From an uncultured Gemmatimonadaceae bacterium (GTDB lineage Bacteria > Gemmatimonadota > Gemmatimonadetes > Gemmatimonadales > Gemmatimonadaceae): 64,000 nt of DNA. The stretch covers positions 64,001 to 128,000 of the forward strand of contig CAWAGQ010000006.1 of the NCBI GenBank assembly GCA_963781585.1. The letters run 5' to 3'. The notes under the pieces were generated by a model. The model had not been told where the DNA came from, ran no database searches, and was given only the letters and a program-made list of their open reading frames with translations. Position 1 is the first letter of the stretch; the number at the start of each line of letters is the position of its first letter. The translations under genes were made by a program, and so were the position numbers. Positions 1-9,803 of this stretch are shown one piece after another.

Positions 1-253
1 CCTGGAAGGTCGCCCTGTCCACGTAGTCGCGGATCACCGGATCATTCAGGTCCTGGTGCCAGTCGACCTTCTGGGCGTTGGGGATATGTCCCATGTCGTA
101 GAGCAGCACATCCTCGTCGCTCTCGATCACGCGCAGGTTGGGGTCATTCAGATGCGTTGCCAGCCAGTCGGTGGTAACGAGGTATTCAGGGTGGACGTAG
201 CCCTTGTCAACGACGGCGGCAGTGGTCGTTGGGGTCGTGGGTGTGACAGTCAT
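1..253 (-). CDS. Thiosulfate/3-mercaptopyruvate sulfurtransferase (rhodanese, SseA/CysA-like), N-terminal part; runs off the window start
   Basis: Manual translation: [79 protein letters not shown]. The LVTTDWL...YDxGHIP motifs are typical of the family. AAGGAGG RBS upstream. Not in the ORF track. Confidence 0.9.
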   Translation of the reverse strand, partial: MTVTPTTPTTTAAVVDKGYVHPEYLVTTDWLATHLNDPNLRVIESDEDVLLYDMGHIPNAQKVDWHQDLNDPVIRDYVDRATFQ

Positions 254-583
254 CTGGCCTCCTTAAGCGTCCGAATATCCGATAACATTAATCGGGAATT
301 GCCGGCCTTGGGAGAGAAGAGCAAACGGGACCGTGGTGCCGACGCGGAGTGGTGGTGCCGGCGGCACTGGTGATGGCGGCGAGGCGACGGCCGTCCTCCC
401 GTTGTCCTGCTCAAAGGCGCGAGCGCGGGCGCTGCGCGCCGGGTAACTGGACCTGGCGGTCTGGTCCTGATCGCACTGGAAATCGTGCTGGCGATCGTGC
501 GATGATGCGATGATATGGCCGGTGGTCGAAACGCCAGGCGCGAGCCGACCTCCAGCCCGTCAGTCCCAGCTTCGGTCTGATCC

Positions 584-604
584 CCTCTGACCTCCGACCT
601 CTGC
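584..604 (+). repeat. Heptamer tandem array (CCTCTGA CCTCCGA CCTCTGC)
   Basis: Three 7-nt units read directly, upstream of the ferredoxin gene. Confidence 0.6.
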
Positions 605-639
605 CACTCGATCCCGCGCCGAACGACCCGCGTCCCTTC

Positions 640-990
640 ATGGAGCCCTACGCGCACCACGTGCTGGTGTGCACGGGGCAATTCTGCTCGCCCAACCGGG
701 AGGGGCGCGCCCTGTATGCGCACCTCGCGGCGCTGCTCGAGCGCGAAGATCTCCTCTTCGGCCCCCGTCGGGTCAAACGCGGCGAGACCCCGTGTCTTGG
801 CGTCTGCGCCGGAGGCCCGATCGTGGTCGTCTACCCCGAAGGCGTCTGGTACGCCGCCGTCACGCCGTCGCTGCTGGAGCGGATCGTGATAGAGCATCTG
901 AAGGGTGGGCGGGTGGTCGAAGACGCCGTGTTCCATCGACTTCACCAGCGCCCGTCGTCACATCCTCCACCGTCAGGCCGCTCGCGATAG
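640..990 (+). CDS. Thioredoxin-like [2Fe-2S] ferredoxin
   Basis: [10 protein letters not shown]...[20 protein letters not shown]...IVIEHLKGG is the TRX-like Fd signature. Confidence 0.9.
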   Translation: MEPYAHHVLVCTGQFCSPNREGRALYAHLAALLEREDLLFGPRRVKRGETPCLGVCAGGPIVVVYPEGVWYAAVTPSLLERIVIEHLKGGRVVEDAVFHRLHQRPSSHPPPSGRSR

Positions 991-1010
991 CTGTTAAGTT
1001 TGGGGCGGCC

Positions 1011-1733
1011 ATGCAACTCACGCTGCGCGAGGCGGCAAAATACCTGGACGTGAGCGAGAACTCGCTCCGCCGCTGGATCACGGAACGGGATCTTCCCGTT
1101 CACACGATGAATGAGCGGCTGTACCTGAATGCGGTGGAGCTGTGGGAATGGGCTGTGGAGCACGGCGTCCACGTGTCTCGCCGCCTCATGGAGCATGCAC
1201 GGCGCGCTCCCGATCCGGTGCCCCCCATCTCGGAATTGCTGCGGGCGGGTGGCGTGTTTCACGACGTGGAGGCCGCTGACAAGCCGGCGCTCCTCCGGGA
1301 GATCGTCGCCCGTCTGGCCCTTCCCCCGGAGCAGAACCGCGACGCCCTGCTGAGTGTCCTCGAAGCACGCGAAGCGATGGGTTCCACCGGCATCGGCGAC
1401 GGGATCGCGATTCCGCACGTGCGGAATCCGATCGTTCTTCACGTAGAGCGGCCGTTCGTCGCGCTTTGTCTGCTGCGTCACGCGGTGGAGTTCGACGCGA
1501 TCGACGGCAAGCCGGTACACGCGCTCTTCATCGTGGTCAGTCCCACCGTTCCCATGCACTTGCGCATCCTTGGTCAGCTCGGCTTCCTGCTGCGCGACCA
1601 GATACTGCGGCGCATGCTCCGCGATCGCATGACGGCGGACGATATACTCGGCCGCATCGAGATGCTCGAGTCCACGCACACCACGGGGTCATTCTCGCTG
1701 GGTGCGTCCCCCGCCGATCGGACCGGCGGGTAG
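1011..1733 (+). CDS. Excisionase-like HTH plus PTS IIA (PtsN/fructose-type) domain protein
   Basis: N-terminal LTLREAAKYLDVSENSLRRW HTH; C-terminal REAMGSTGIGDGIAIPH phospho-His motif and FDAIDGKPV; ATG at 1011. Confidence 0.88.
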   Translation: MQLTLREAAKYLDVSENSLRRWITERDLPVHTMNERLYLNAVELWEWAVEHGVHVSRRLMEHARRAPDPVPPISELLRAGGVFHDVEAADKPALLREIVARLALPPEQNRDALLSVLEAREAMGSTGIGDGIAIPHVRNPIVLHVERPFVALCLLRHAVEFDAIDGKPVHALFIVVSPTVPMHLRILGQLGFLLRDQILRRMLRDRMTADDILGRIEMLESTHTTGSFSLGASPADRTGG

Positions 1734-3703
1734 TGGCGCTGTTCTTCGCTGGGCTCGGCCTGATCATCGCCGGCGCCATCGTCGCGACAATCCTCCGTGA
1801 ATGGGATGGAGCAGACACGCTCCTACAGGTCCTGGTCGTCACCGGGTGCGTTCTGTCGGGCGTCACAGCCGTGTCGGTGCTGGTGCAGGGCACACATCCC
1901 CAGTACGTGCTGCAGGCGTCGGTGCCCGGCGGTGACTGGGTGTTCGGCATCGATGCGCTTTCGGCGGTGTTCCTCCTGGTCATCCTGGGCGTAGGCGCAA
2001 CCACGCTGCGTTTCGGCGTCGTGTATCTCGCGGCGTACCGCGGGCGGCGGCCGATCTGGTTCTCGCACGCCGCGTACGCCGTTCTCCTTGTCGCTCTCGC
2101 TCTGGTCGTGGTCGCGCGCTCGGTGGTGCCGTTCCTGTCGGCCTGGGAGATCATGGCGGTCGGTTCCTACTTCCTCATCGTCTTCGAGGATGACAAAGCC
2201 GAAGTGCGGCGTGCGGGTCTGGTGTACCTCGTCGCCACGCATTTCGGGACGCTGGCGCTCTTCGCCATGTTCGCGACCTGGGCGTTGGGAGCGCACGCCG
2301 CGGACTGGTCGTTCGCGTCGCTCGCTGTGGTGGCGCCTCGGCTGGCGGGCGGCGGTTTCGTGCTCACGCTGGCCGTGATCGGGTTCGGCGTGAAGGCTGG
2401 ACTCGTCCCGCTGCACTTCTGGCTGCCCCCGGCCCATGCCGCCTCGCCCACGCATGTGTCGGCGATTCTCTCCGGCGTTGTGATCAAGGCCGGCATCTAT
2501 GGTCTGCTGCGGGTGCTCACGATGCTTGGCGGCGGTCCCGCCTGGTGGGGATGGGGATTGCTGCTGGTGGGTGCGGCATCAGGCGTGCTGGGGGTCCTGT
2601 GGGCCCTGGCGCAGCACGACCTCAAACGCCTGCTCGCGTATCACAGCGTCGAGAACATCGGCATCATTCTGATGGGAACGGCGGTCGGTGCGTTAGGCAC
2701 GCACTACGGGCATCCGGTCGTGGCGACCATCGGCTACGCCGGCGCCGTGCTGCACACCATCAACCATGCGCTCTTCAAGAGCGTCCTCTTCCTGGCAGGG
2801 GGCTCGGTGTATCGGGCGACCGAGACCAGGGAACTGGAGCAGCTCGGCGGGCTCGCGCGGGCGCTGCCGTACACTACGGTCGCCTTTGTCATCGGCGCCG
2901 TGGCCATCATCGGATTGCCGCCCCTCAACGGTTTCGTGAGCGAATGGCTCGTGTACCAGGCCTTGTTGCGCGCGTCCCAGTCGGCCGACGTGCTTCGTCT
3001 CGCCGTCCTCGGCGTGCCCGCCCTGGCGTTGATCGGCGCGCTGGCCCTCGCGTGCTTCGCCAAGGTCATCGGGGTGGTCTTCCTGGGGAGACCGCGAAGC
3101 GCACGCGCGCGAGGCGTGACCGAGATGCCGCTCCGCCCGCTCCTGGCGCCCATGTACGTTCTTGCCGGCCTCTGCGTTCTGCTGGGTGTCGCGGTGCCTC
3201 TGGGGGTGGCCCCTTCCCTGCGCGCGGGAGCGATCGCGGCGCACGCGACAGCGGCCCATCTGGGTGACGCGCGGGCGCTGCTCGTGGACGCGCGCGTGAT
3301 CGGCACGCTGGCTGCCGCCATGCTCGCACTCATTCTAGTGGTCTGGGTCGGCCGTTGGCTGCTGCAGGCGCGCGCGCCCCGGAGGACCGGCGCGACGTGG
3401 AGCTGCGGATATACCGGAGTCACCTCGCGCATGCAGTACACCGCGTCGTCGTTCGCGGCGCCGCTTCTCACCGCCTTCGGACGCCTGAGCGGAGTACAGA
3501 CCCGGCGATCGCCAACCTCGTTCGCGACGCATCCGTACGATCTCGTGCTCGATCGCCTGGCCGCGCCGGTCTGGGCACGCGTCCGTCGAGCCGCCCTGCG
3601 CCTGCGCCCTCTGCAGCAGGGCCGGCTCTACGCGTACCTCATCTACGTCATGGCGGCTCTGCTCACGCTCCTCGGTTACCTCGCCCTCGCATCGCGCCCA
3701 TGA
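1733..3703 (+). CDS. hyfB: HyfB-like (NuoL/MrpA family) antiporter-type membrane subunit of an Ehr/hydrogenase-4-like complex
   Basis: Very hydrophobic; KAGLVPLHFWLPPAH, LKRLLAYHSVENIG, NHALFKS, WSCGY...MQYTASSF. The GTG start overlaps the upstream stop. Confidence 0.88.
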   Translation: MALFFAGLGLIIAGAIVATILREWDGADTLLQVLVVTGCVLSGVTAVSVLVQGTHPQYVLQASVPGGDWVFGIDALSAVFLLVILGVGATTLRFGVVYLAAYRGRRPIWFSHAAYAVLLVALALVVVARSVVPFLSAWEIMAVGSYFLIVFEDDKAEVRRAGLVYLVATHFGTLALFAMFATWALGAHAADWSFASLAVVAPRLAGGGFVLTLAVIGFGVKAGLVPLHFWLPPAHAASPTHVSAILSGVVIKAGIYGLLRVLTMLGGGPAWWGWGLLLVGAASGVLGVLWALAQHDLKRLLAYHSVENIGIILMGTAVGALGTHYGHPVVATIGYAGAVLHTINHALFKSVLFLAGGSVYRATETRELEQLGGLARALPYTTVAFVIGAVAIIGLPPLNGFVSEWLVYQALLRASQSADVLRLAVLGVPALALIGALALACFAKVIGVVFLGRPRSARARGVTEMPLRPLLAPMYVLAGLCVLLGVAVPLGVAPSLRAGAIAAHATAAHLGDARALLVDARVIGTLAAAMLALILVVWVGRWLLQARAPRRTGATWSCGYTGVTSRMQYTASSFAAPLLTAFGRLSGVQTRRSPTSFATHPYDLVLDRLAAPVWARVRRAALRLRPLQQGRLYAYLIYVMAALLTLLGYLALASRP

Positions 3704-4638
3704 CGGCGGACCTGGCAACGCGACCGGCGTTCCTGTCGGCGCTCGTGGCATGGGTCCTCCTGCTGCTGGCGGCTCCGCTCATTCCGGGAGTGGCGACCAG
3801 GACAAAGGCTCTGCTCACCGGCCGACGTGGCGCTCCCGTGTGGCAGCTCTACGCGGATCTGTGGAAGCTCCTGCGGCGCGGCACGGTCTACAGCGTCACG
3901 ACCACAGCGATCTTCCGACTCGTTCCGGTAGTGCTCCTGGTGACCACGACACTCGCCGCCGCGCTCGTGCCGCTCGATGGCCGGCGGTCGCTCATCGGTT
4001 TCTCGGGAGACGCGGTCGCCTTTGTGTACCTGCTGGCCCTGGGGCGCCTGCTCCTGGTGCTGGGGGCGTTCGACACGGGCTCGAGCTTCGCGGGCATGGG
4101 TGCCAGTCGGGAAGTGACGCTGGCGAGTCTGGTCGAGCCGGGACTCTTCATTTCGCTGGCGACCCTGGTCGTGGCGACGCATCGCCTGACGTTGACCGGG
4201 ATGCTCGGCGCTGAGCTCTGGAGCCAACCCCGGCTCGTTGCGCCAACCGTCCTGCTGCTCGCCGGCAGCATCTTCGTGCTGATGCTCGCGGAATGCGCTC
4301 GCGTGCCCGTGGACGACCCCGCGACCCACCTCGAGCTGACGATGATCCATGAAGTCATGGTGCTCGATCACAGCGGCCCCGATCTGGCGCTGATTCTGTA
4401 CTCCGGCGCGCTCAAGCTCGGCCTGTTCGCTGCGTTGCTGGTGGGCCTCGTCCTGCGGAGGACGACCGTCCCGGCGTGGCTCGCATCGCTCGAACTTCTG
4501 CTCGGACTTCTGGTGGCCGGTACCGCTATTGGCGTCGTGGAAGGATCCACGGCGCGTCTCCGCCTGCCGAAGGTCCCCTTGTACATCGCCGGAGGCGCGG
4601 CACTGGCGTGTTTCGGACTGATTCTGGTGCTCCAGTAG
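3700..4638 (+). CDS. hyfC: HyfC/HycD-like (NuoH family) membrane subunit
   Basis: GRRGAPVWQLYADLWKLLR, DTGSSFAGMGASRE, RVPVDDPATHLELTMIHE; ATGA overlap with hyfB. Confidence 0.88.
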   Translation: MTADLATRPAFLSALVAWVLLLLAAPLIPGVATRTKALLTGRRGAPVWQLYADLWKLLRRGTVYSVTTTAIFRLVPVVLLVTTTLAAALVPLDGRRSLIGFSGDAVAFVYLLALGRLLLVLGAFDTGSSFAGMGASREVTLASLVEPGLFISLATLVVATHRLTLTGMLGAELWSQPRLVAPTVLLLAGSIFVLMLAECARVPVDDPATHLELTMIHEVMVLDHSGPDLALILYSGALKLGLFAALLVGLVLRRTTVPAWLASLELLLGLLVAGTAIGVVEGSTARLRLPKVPLYIAGGAALACFGLILVLQ

Positions 4639-4654
4639 CCATCGCGACACTCGT

Positions 4655-5293
4655 ATGGAATCGTTCACCCAACTGATTCTCTTCCTGCTGGTGCTTGCGG
4701 ACTTTGCGGCGCTTGGCATGTCGCGGCTCACCGCCTGCATCCGCGCGGTCGCGTTCCAGGGTCTGTTGCTGGGCGTGTTACCACTCGTGCTGCACACGTC
4801 GTATTCGCTGCACACCATCGCGCTCGGCGCCGGTACGGTGCTCATCAAGGCGGTCGTGCTGCCGGCCTCCCTGCGGTACGCCATCCGCGAGGCGGCCGTG
4901 CGCCGTGAGGTCGAACCGCTGATCGGCTACTCGGGTTCGGTGCTGCTCGGACTCGGCGCCCTCGCCGTGGCCTTCGTCGTCTCGGGGATGCTCCCGGTGC
5001 GCGTTGCGGAATCGCCGCTGCTCATTCCGGTCGCGCTGTTCACGCTGATGACGGGCCTGGTGATTCTCATTACCCGCATCAAGGCGCTGATGCAGGTCGT
5101 CGGCTACCTGATGCTGGAGAACGGCATCTACCTGTTCGGCCTCACGCAGGCGCAGCGCGTCCCGTTCCTGGTCGAGATCGGCGTTCTGCTCGACGTCTTC
5201 GTGGCCGTGTTCATCATGGGGATTGTGGTCTTTCACATCAACCGCGAGTTCGATTCCATCTCGGCGGCGCGGTTGACGGATCTTCGCGAGTGA
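4655..5293 (+). CDS. hyfE: HyfE-like membrane subunit
   Basis: Hydrophobic; QVVGYLMLENGI, VEIGVLLDVFV; operon position. Confidence 0.85.
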   Translation: MESFTQLILFLLVLADFAALGMSRLTACIRAVAFQGLLLGVLPLVLHTSYSLHTIALGAGTVLIKAVVLPASLRYAIREAAVRREVEPLIGYSGSVLLGLGALAVAFVVSGMLPVRVAESPLLIPVALFTLMTGLVILITRIKALMQVVGYLMLENGIYLFGLTQAQRVPFLVEIGVLLDVFVAVFIMGIVVFHINREFDSISAARLTDLRE

Positions 5294-6724
5294 TCCTCAT
5301 CCTTCTCATTCTGCTGCCGGCCGCGGCGGCGGTCGCCGCGTACCGGATTCGCAGCCTCGCGCGCAGCGCGATCCTGTTGTTCAGCGTCTGCGGCCTCCAC
5401 GCGCTCCTCGTCGTGGCCCTCTGGCTGCGTCCCGATGACAGCGCGCTGAACAGTTGGCTCGCCGCCGATCCCCTGGGGCGGATCGTGATTTCCGTGGTGA
5501 GCCTGCTCTTCCTGGCCGTCGCGCACTACTCGATCGGGTTCCTGCGCCGCGCCGTCGCCCCGGGCGGGCGCGCGTTCGCGAGCTGCATGCTCAGCTTCCT
5601 GGCAGCGTGCTCACTTGTCGCGCTGAGCCATCACCTGGCTCTTCTCTGGATCGGACTCGAGGCGACGACGCTGGCGGTCGCGCCGCTGATCTTCGACCGT
5701 CACGACCGCCGCTCGCTGGAGGCGGTGTGGAAGTACCTCGTGCTCTCCTCAGTGGGCATCGCGTTTGCCCTCCTCGGTGTGTTTCTGCTGGCCACTGCGC
5801 AGCCGTCGGGCGCGGCCGCCGGCCGCCCACTGATTCTCGATGACATGATTGCCCATGCCGGCCTGCTCGACGCCGCGTGGTTGCGGATGGCCTTCGTCTT
5901 CATCGCGATCGGTTTCGGGACCAAGATGGGTCTTGCCCCCATGCACTCGTGGAAGCCCGACACGTACGGCGAGGCGCCGAGCCTGGTGGGCGGCCTGATG
6001 GCCGGCGCGCTCACGACGTGCGCGTTCCTCGGCCTCGCCCGGGTGTGCGCCATCTGCTTCGCCGCCGGGCTCGGCCCGTTCGTACGCCCGGTGCTGATCG
6101 TGTTCGGGCTGGTCTCGCTGCTCATCGCCGCGGCGTTCATTATCGGACAGGGTGATGCCAAGCGCCTGCTCGCCTATTCAAGCGTGGAGCACATGGGACT
6201 CCTCGTGCTCGGGCTCGGACTGGGCGGCGTGGGCACCTATGGCGCATTGCTTCATTCAGTCAACAATGGCCTCGTGAAGGGTCTGGCCTTTCTGGCGGTC
6301 GGCAACGTGGTGCTCGTGACCGGCACGTCCACCGCGAGTGACGTTCGCGGACTCGTGCGAACCTTCCCCGCCACCGGCGCCCTGCTCGTCGTGGCGCTGT
6401 TCGCGCTCACCGGGTCGCCTCCGTTCGGTCTGTTCCTGAGCGAGTTCGCGATTCTCGGTGCCGCGTTCGGCGGTCCGCATCCCTGGATCGGCACGGTGAC
6501 GATCGCGCTTCTGGCCATCAGCTTCGTCGGAATCGCGGGGATGATCCTCGGGATGGTCCTTGGGCAGCCCGATGCCGCGACGCGCCGCGCCGATAACCGG
6601 GGACTGACGCCTCGCGCCCCTCGTGCTCGGGTGTCTGGTGCTCATGCTCGGGGTGTACGTTCCGCCGCCGTTGGCGCACGCCCTTTCACGGGCCGCTACC
6701 GCGTTAGGCGGCCTGGCGCCATGA
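5290..6724 (+). CDS. hyfF: HyfF-like (NuoM/N family) membrane subunit with an apparent +1 frameshift near 6610
   Basis: EAVWKY, GFGTKMGLAPMHSWKPD, KRLLAYSSVEHMG. The natural TM C-terminus (LAPLVLGCLVLMLGVYVPPPLAHALSRAATALGGLAP*) lies in the +1 frame from 6611 and ends at TGA 6722-6724, overlapping the next ATG. Confidence 0.8.
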
Positions 6725-8232
6725 GCGACGCAGAGCTTCACCCGATCGGCAACCGGCGCACTGCACGCCTGAGTGACGTCCCAGCGCCGCCCGTGGAGCG
6801 CTTCCGCACAATCGTCGGCGATGCGGTGGCCGACGGCGCACGCATCGTCGCCCTGTTCGGTCTGCCGGAAGATCCGGCACGGCTGCGACTCATCGCCGTG
6901 CTGGCCGACGACGAGCGCAATCAGCTCGGCGCGCTCAGCACGGTGGTCGGCGATCGATACCCCGCGCTCACGCCCGACTGTCCACAGGCGTCGCTCTTCG
7001 AGCGGGAGCTCGCCGAGCAGTGTGGTGTCACGCCCGGCGGACATCCCGCCCTGAAGCCGGTGCGACGACATCCGGCAGACCACGCTCCAGAGTCATGGCC
7101 GGTCGGCGCACACTCTCGTGACGACTACCCTTTCTTCAAGCTGACCGGCGAAGAGGTGCATGAAGTGGCCGTGGGACCGGTACACGCCGGCGTCATCGAG
7201 CCGGGCCACTTCCGCTTCCAGGCGCACGGCGAGCAGGTACTGCACCTGGAGATCGTCCTCGGGTACCAGCACCGTGGAGTGGAGCGGCTCCTCGAGCGGC
7301 TCCCGCGTGAGAAGGCCATCCTGGTGGCCGAGTCGATCGCCGGAGACATGGTCGTCGCACACTCCAGTGCGTGCTGTGGTGCGCTGGAAGCGTTGGCCCG
7401 GAGTCACAAGAGCCCTCGCGCGCAGAGCATCCGGGGCGTCGCGCTGGAACTCGAACGCGTTGCCAATCACCTCGGTGACCTTGGCGCCCTCGCTGGCGAC
7501 GTGGCGTACCAGCCCGCGGCGGCGTATTTCGGGCGTCTCCGCGGCGATTGCCTGAATCTCCTCCTGACCATGTCGGGCAGTCGCTACGGTCGCGGACTCG
7601 TCAGGCCGGGTGGGGCGGCCTTCGATCTGAGCGACGAGCTGGCCGACGAAATCGAAGGACGGGTGCGCCGACTGGAAGCCGAAGTCGAGCCCGTGGCCGA
7701 GCTGTTCTTCAATGCGTCATCGGTGCAGTCGCGTCTGGAAGGAGTCGGCGTAGTGACACCGGACCTCTGCCGCCGGCTGGGCTTCGTGGGTCCGGTGGCG
7801 CGTGCCTGCGACGTACCGCGTGATGCCCGGCACGATCACCCCTATGGAGTCTTTCGGTTCGCGCAGATTCCCGTCGCCGGCGCCTGGGGTGGCGACGTCC
7901 TGTCTCGCGCTCTGGTACGGCGGCTCGAGATTCAGCGGTCGCTCGAATTCGTCCGAGAGCAGGTGGCATCGCTACCACGCGGCGACGTCCGCGTGCCGTG
8001 CGGCCCCCTCCGTCCGGACGAGTTGGCGGTGGCCCTGGAGGAAAGCTGGCGGGGCGAGGTGGTCCACGTCGTGCTCACCGATTCCCACGGTCGCGTGCGG
8101 AGGCACAAGGTGATCGACCCTTCGTTCCACAACTGGAGCGCGCTCGCCCTGGCCATGCCGGGAAACGAAATCTCGGATTTTCCCCTCTGTAACAAGAGCT
8201 TCAACCTCTCGTATGCCGGACACGATCTGTGA
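6721..8232 (+). CDS. Ehr large subunit (NuoC+NuoD / HycE-like) lacking NiFe-binding CxxC motifs
   Basis: ASLFERELAEQ, VAVGPVHAGVIEPGHFRF, LGYQHRGVE, ELERVANHLGD, ESWRGE, DFPLCNKSFNLSYAGHDL. Confidence 0.85.
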   Translation: MSDAELHPIGNRRTARLSDVPAPPVERFRTIVGDAVADGARIVALFGLPEDPARLRLIAVLADDERNQLGALSTVVGDRYPALTPDCPQASLFERELAEQCGVTPGGHPALKPVRRHPADHAPESWPVGAHSRDDYPFFKLTGEEVHEVAVGPVHAGVIEPGHFRFQAHGEQVLHLEIVLGYQHRGVERLLERLPREKAILVAESIAGDMVVAHSSACCGALEALARSHKSPRAQSIRGVALELERVANHLGDLGALAGDVAYQPAAAYFGRLRGDCLNLLLTMSGSRYGRGLVRPGGAAFDLSDELADEIEGRVRRLEAEVEPVAELFFNASSVQSRLEGVGVVTPDLCRRLGFVGPVARACDVPRDARHDHPYGVFRFAQIPVAGAWGGDVLSRALVRRLEIQRSLEFVREQVASLPRGDVRVPCGPLRPDELAVALEESWRGEVVHVVLTDSHGRVRRHKVIDPSFHNWSALALAMPGNEISDFPLCNKSFNLSYAGHDL

Positions 8233-8243
8233 GCGAACGCTGA

Positions 8244-9011
8244 ATGCTTGACGCGCTGCGCCTGCGGTTGGCCCTTGGGAAGCGCACCATCGCGTTTCCG
8301 GATGGCACGCCATCGCTTCCCGCGCGCTACCGGGGTCGTCCCGTGCTCGACTGCAAGGGCTGTGGCGGTCCACCCTGTCCCGCGGGCGGCGACGTCGTCC
8401 CGTCGGAGCTAGTTCGAGATGACGGCAGCGGACGCGCGATGCTCGACCTCGGGGCTTGCCTCTTCTCGCCCGAGGAGGCCATCGGAACCGAAACATGCGG
8501 AATCCGGTTCACAGGCGACTATCGCATGGCCACGCGCACCCGCGATGGCCTCGTCACACCCGATGGCGAAGTGGCGCTGGCGTCATCTCTCGGTTGGCGA
8601 ATGAAGTCGCTGCTCGGCCGATCGCTCCGTCTGCGCTCCGTCGTGGCGGGAAGCTGCAACGGGTGCGAGGGAGAACTGACGGCGCTCGGGAACGCGGTGT
8701 TCGACATGGCGCGTTTCGGCGTGCAATTCGTGGCCTCGCCCCGCCACGCCGACGGTATCGTGATTACCGGAGCCGTGAACATCAATATGCGTGAAGCGCT
8801 GGAGCGAACCTACGAGGCAGTGCCGGATCCGCGCCTGGTCATCGCCGTCGGCGCCTGCGCGGCTAGCGGAGGCCCATTCCGGGAGAGTCCGGAGGTGGCG
8901 GGCGGCGTTCCGGAGACCATCCCGGTCGACCTGTGGATACCGGGGTGCCCACCCCATCCGCTCACCATTCTGGATGGACTGCTGCGCCTCCTCGGGCGGA
9001 TGGGGTCGTGA
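8244..9011 (+). CDS. Ehr small subunit (NuoB/HycG-like) with a degenerate N-terminal ferredoxin-like segment
   Basis: AGSCNGCE, FVASPRHADG, AVGACA, IPGCPP. Confidence 0.88.
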   Translation: MLDALRLRLALGKRTIAFPDGTPSLPARYRGRPVLDCKGCGGPPCPAGGDVVPSELVRDDGSGRAMLDLGACLFSPEEAIGTETCGIRFTGDYRMATRTRDGLVTPDGEVALASSLGWRMKSLLGRSLRLRSVVAGSCNGCEGELTALGNAVFDMARFGVQFVASPRHADGIVITGAVNINMREALERTYEAVPDPRLVIAVGACAASGGPFRESPEVAGGVPETIPVDLWIPGCPPHPLTILDGLLRLLGRMGS

Positions 9012-9100
9012 GCGGGCGGCGGCTGTCGGCAGGCGCGGCCGTTGGCATGAATAGGCGATACGTTGATGGCTCATAGCTGCGAGGCTGATACCTGACCGCT

Positions 9101-9394
9101 TCAGCATTTCCCGACCTCGTCCATCAAGGCCCGGAGATGCCGCTTCCAGACGTGGATGGCAAAGCGCCGGAAATTGGCCAGGCTCGCCGGCTCGTCCGCC
9201 AGGAAACGCGCCACGCGCCTCCGCCCCTTCCTTAGATTGCAGGCTCTACAGGCCGTCACTAAGTTGCCACCCGATCGGTCGCCACCGCGGGAGCGCGGCT
9301 GAACATGGTCAACCGACAGCTCCTCGGGCGGCAGGACCCGGCCACAATACACGCACCGGTATTCGTCGCGCGCGAAGATCTCGTCTCGTGTCAT
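9101..9394 (-). CDS. HNH endonuclease (McrA-like)
   Basis: IFARDEYRCVYCG...DHVQPRSRGG...NLVTACRACNLRKG; start could extend to 9439. Confidence 0.85.
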   Translation of the reverse strand: MTRDEIFARDEYRCVYCGRVLPPEELSVDHVQPRSRGGDRSGGNLVTACRACNLRKGRRRVARFLADEPASLANFRRFAIHVWKRHLRALMDEVGKC

Positions 9395-9530
9395 GGAGAA
9401 TCCGTTGAGTTCGCGCCGTCTGATGATGGGGGCCGCCAAGCGCTACCTTCTCGATGCCCTCGACAAGGATCGCCGCGCGGCCGACGACGAACCGCCCCGC
9501 CTCACCGCTCGCGCCATAGAGAGAACTCGC

Positions 9531-9713
9531 ATGCCACGGACACGGGAAAAGATTCTCGGTAATCTGGATGAGATGTATCGCGAAGCCTTCGAGCGCGCCA
9601 AGACGTCGGGCGACGACTCCCAGATGGCCAGCCTCGATTTCGCCTATCGGCGCGAGCAGCTGTATTTCGAGATTCTGCTCGACATTCGCGACGCGATGGA
9701 GCGGCGCTCGTAG
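9531..9713 (+). CDS. Small helical hypothetical protein
   Basis: MPRTREKILGNLDEMYREAF...EILLDIRD with gene-like codon usage; start uncertain, since the frame is open from 9393. Confidence 0.6.
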   Translation: MPRTREKILGNLDEMYREAFERAKTSGDDSQMASLDFAYRREQLYFEILLDIRDAMERRS

Positions 9714-9803
9714 CGGTCCGCACGTACCGCGCGCCCGCGGCCGGGTGGAATTGAGCCGCGGGTCCTCCATCGTCAGGCGCGTTCCGCCTCCTTCCCCCCG
9801 CAC

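Noticed and set aside
374..505. Hydrophobic fragment VVLLKG...GGLVLIALEIVLAIVR* resembling a transporter C-terminus
   Set aside because: No in-frame start after the stop at 371-373; too short to support a gene or pseudogene call
5290..8232. Novel 980-aa membrane/catalytic subunit fusion
   Set aside because: Better explained by a single-base frameshift near 6610, since the proper HyfF end is in the +1 frame
1733..9011. Calling the operon a true [NiFe] hydrogenase or formate hydrogenlyase
   Set aside because: The large subunit lacks both CxxC nickel-binding motifs, and there are no hyp or fdh genes in the window
9101..9713. HNH plus small protein as a toxin-antitoxin, defence or mobile module
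   Set aside because: The genes are divergent rather than operonic, with no flanking repeats, methylase or integrase
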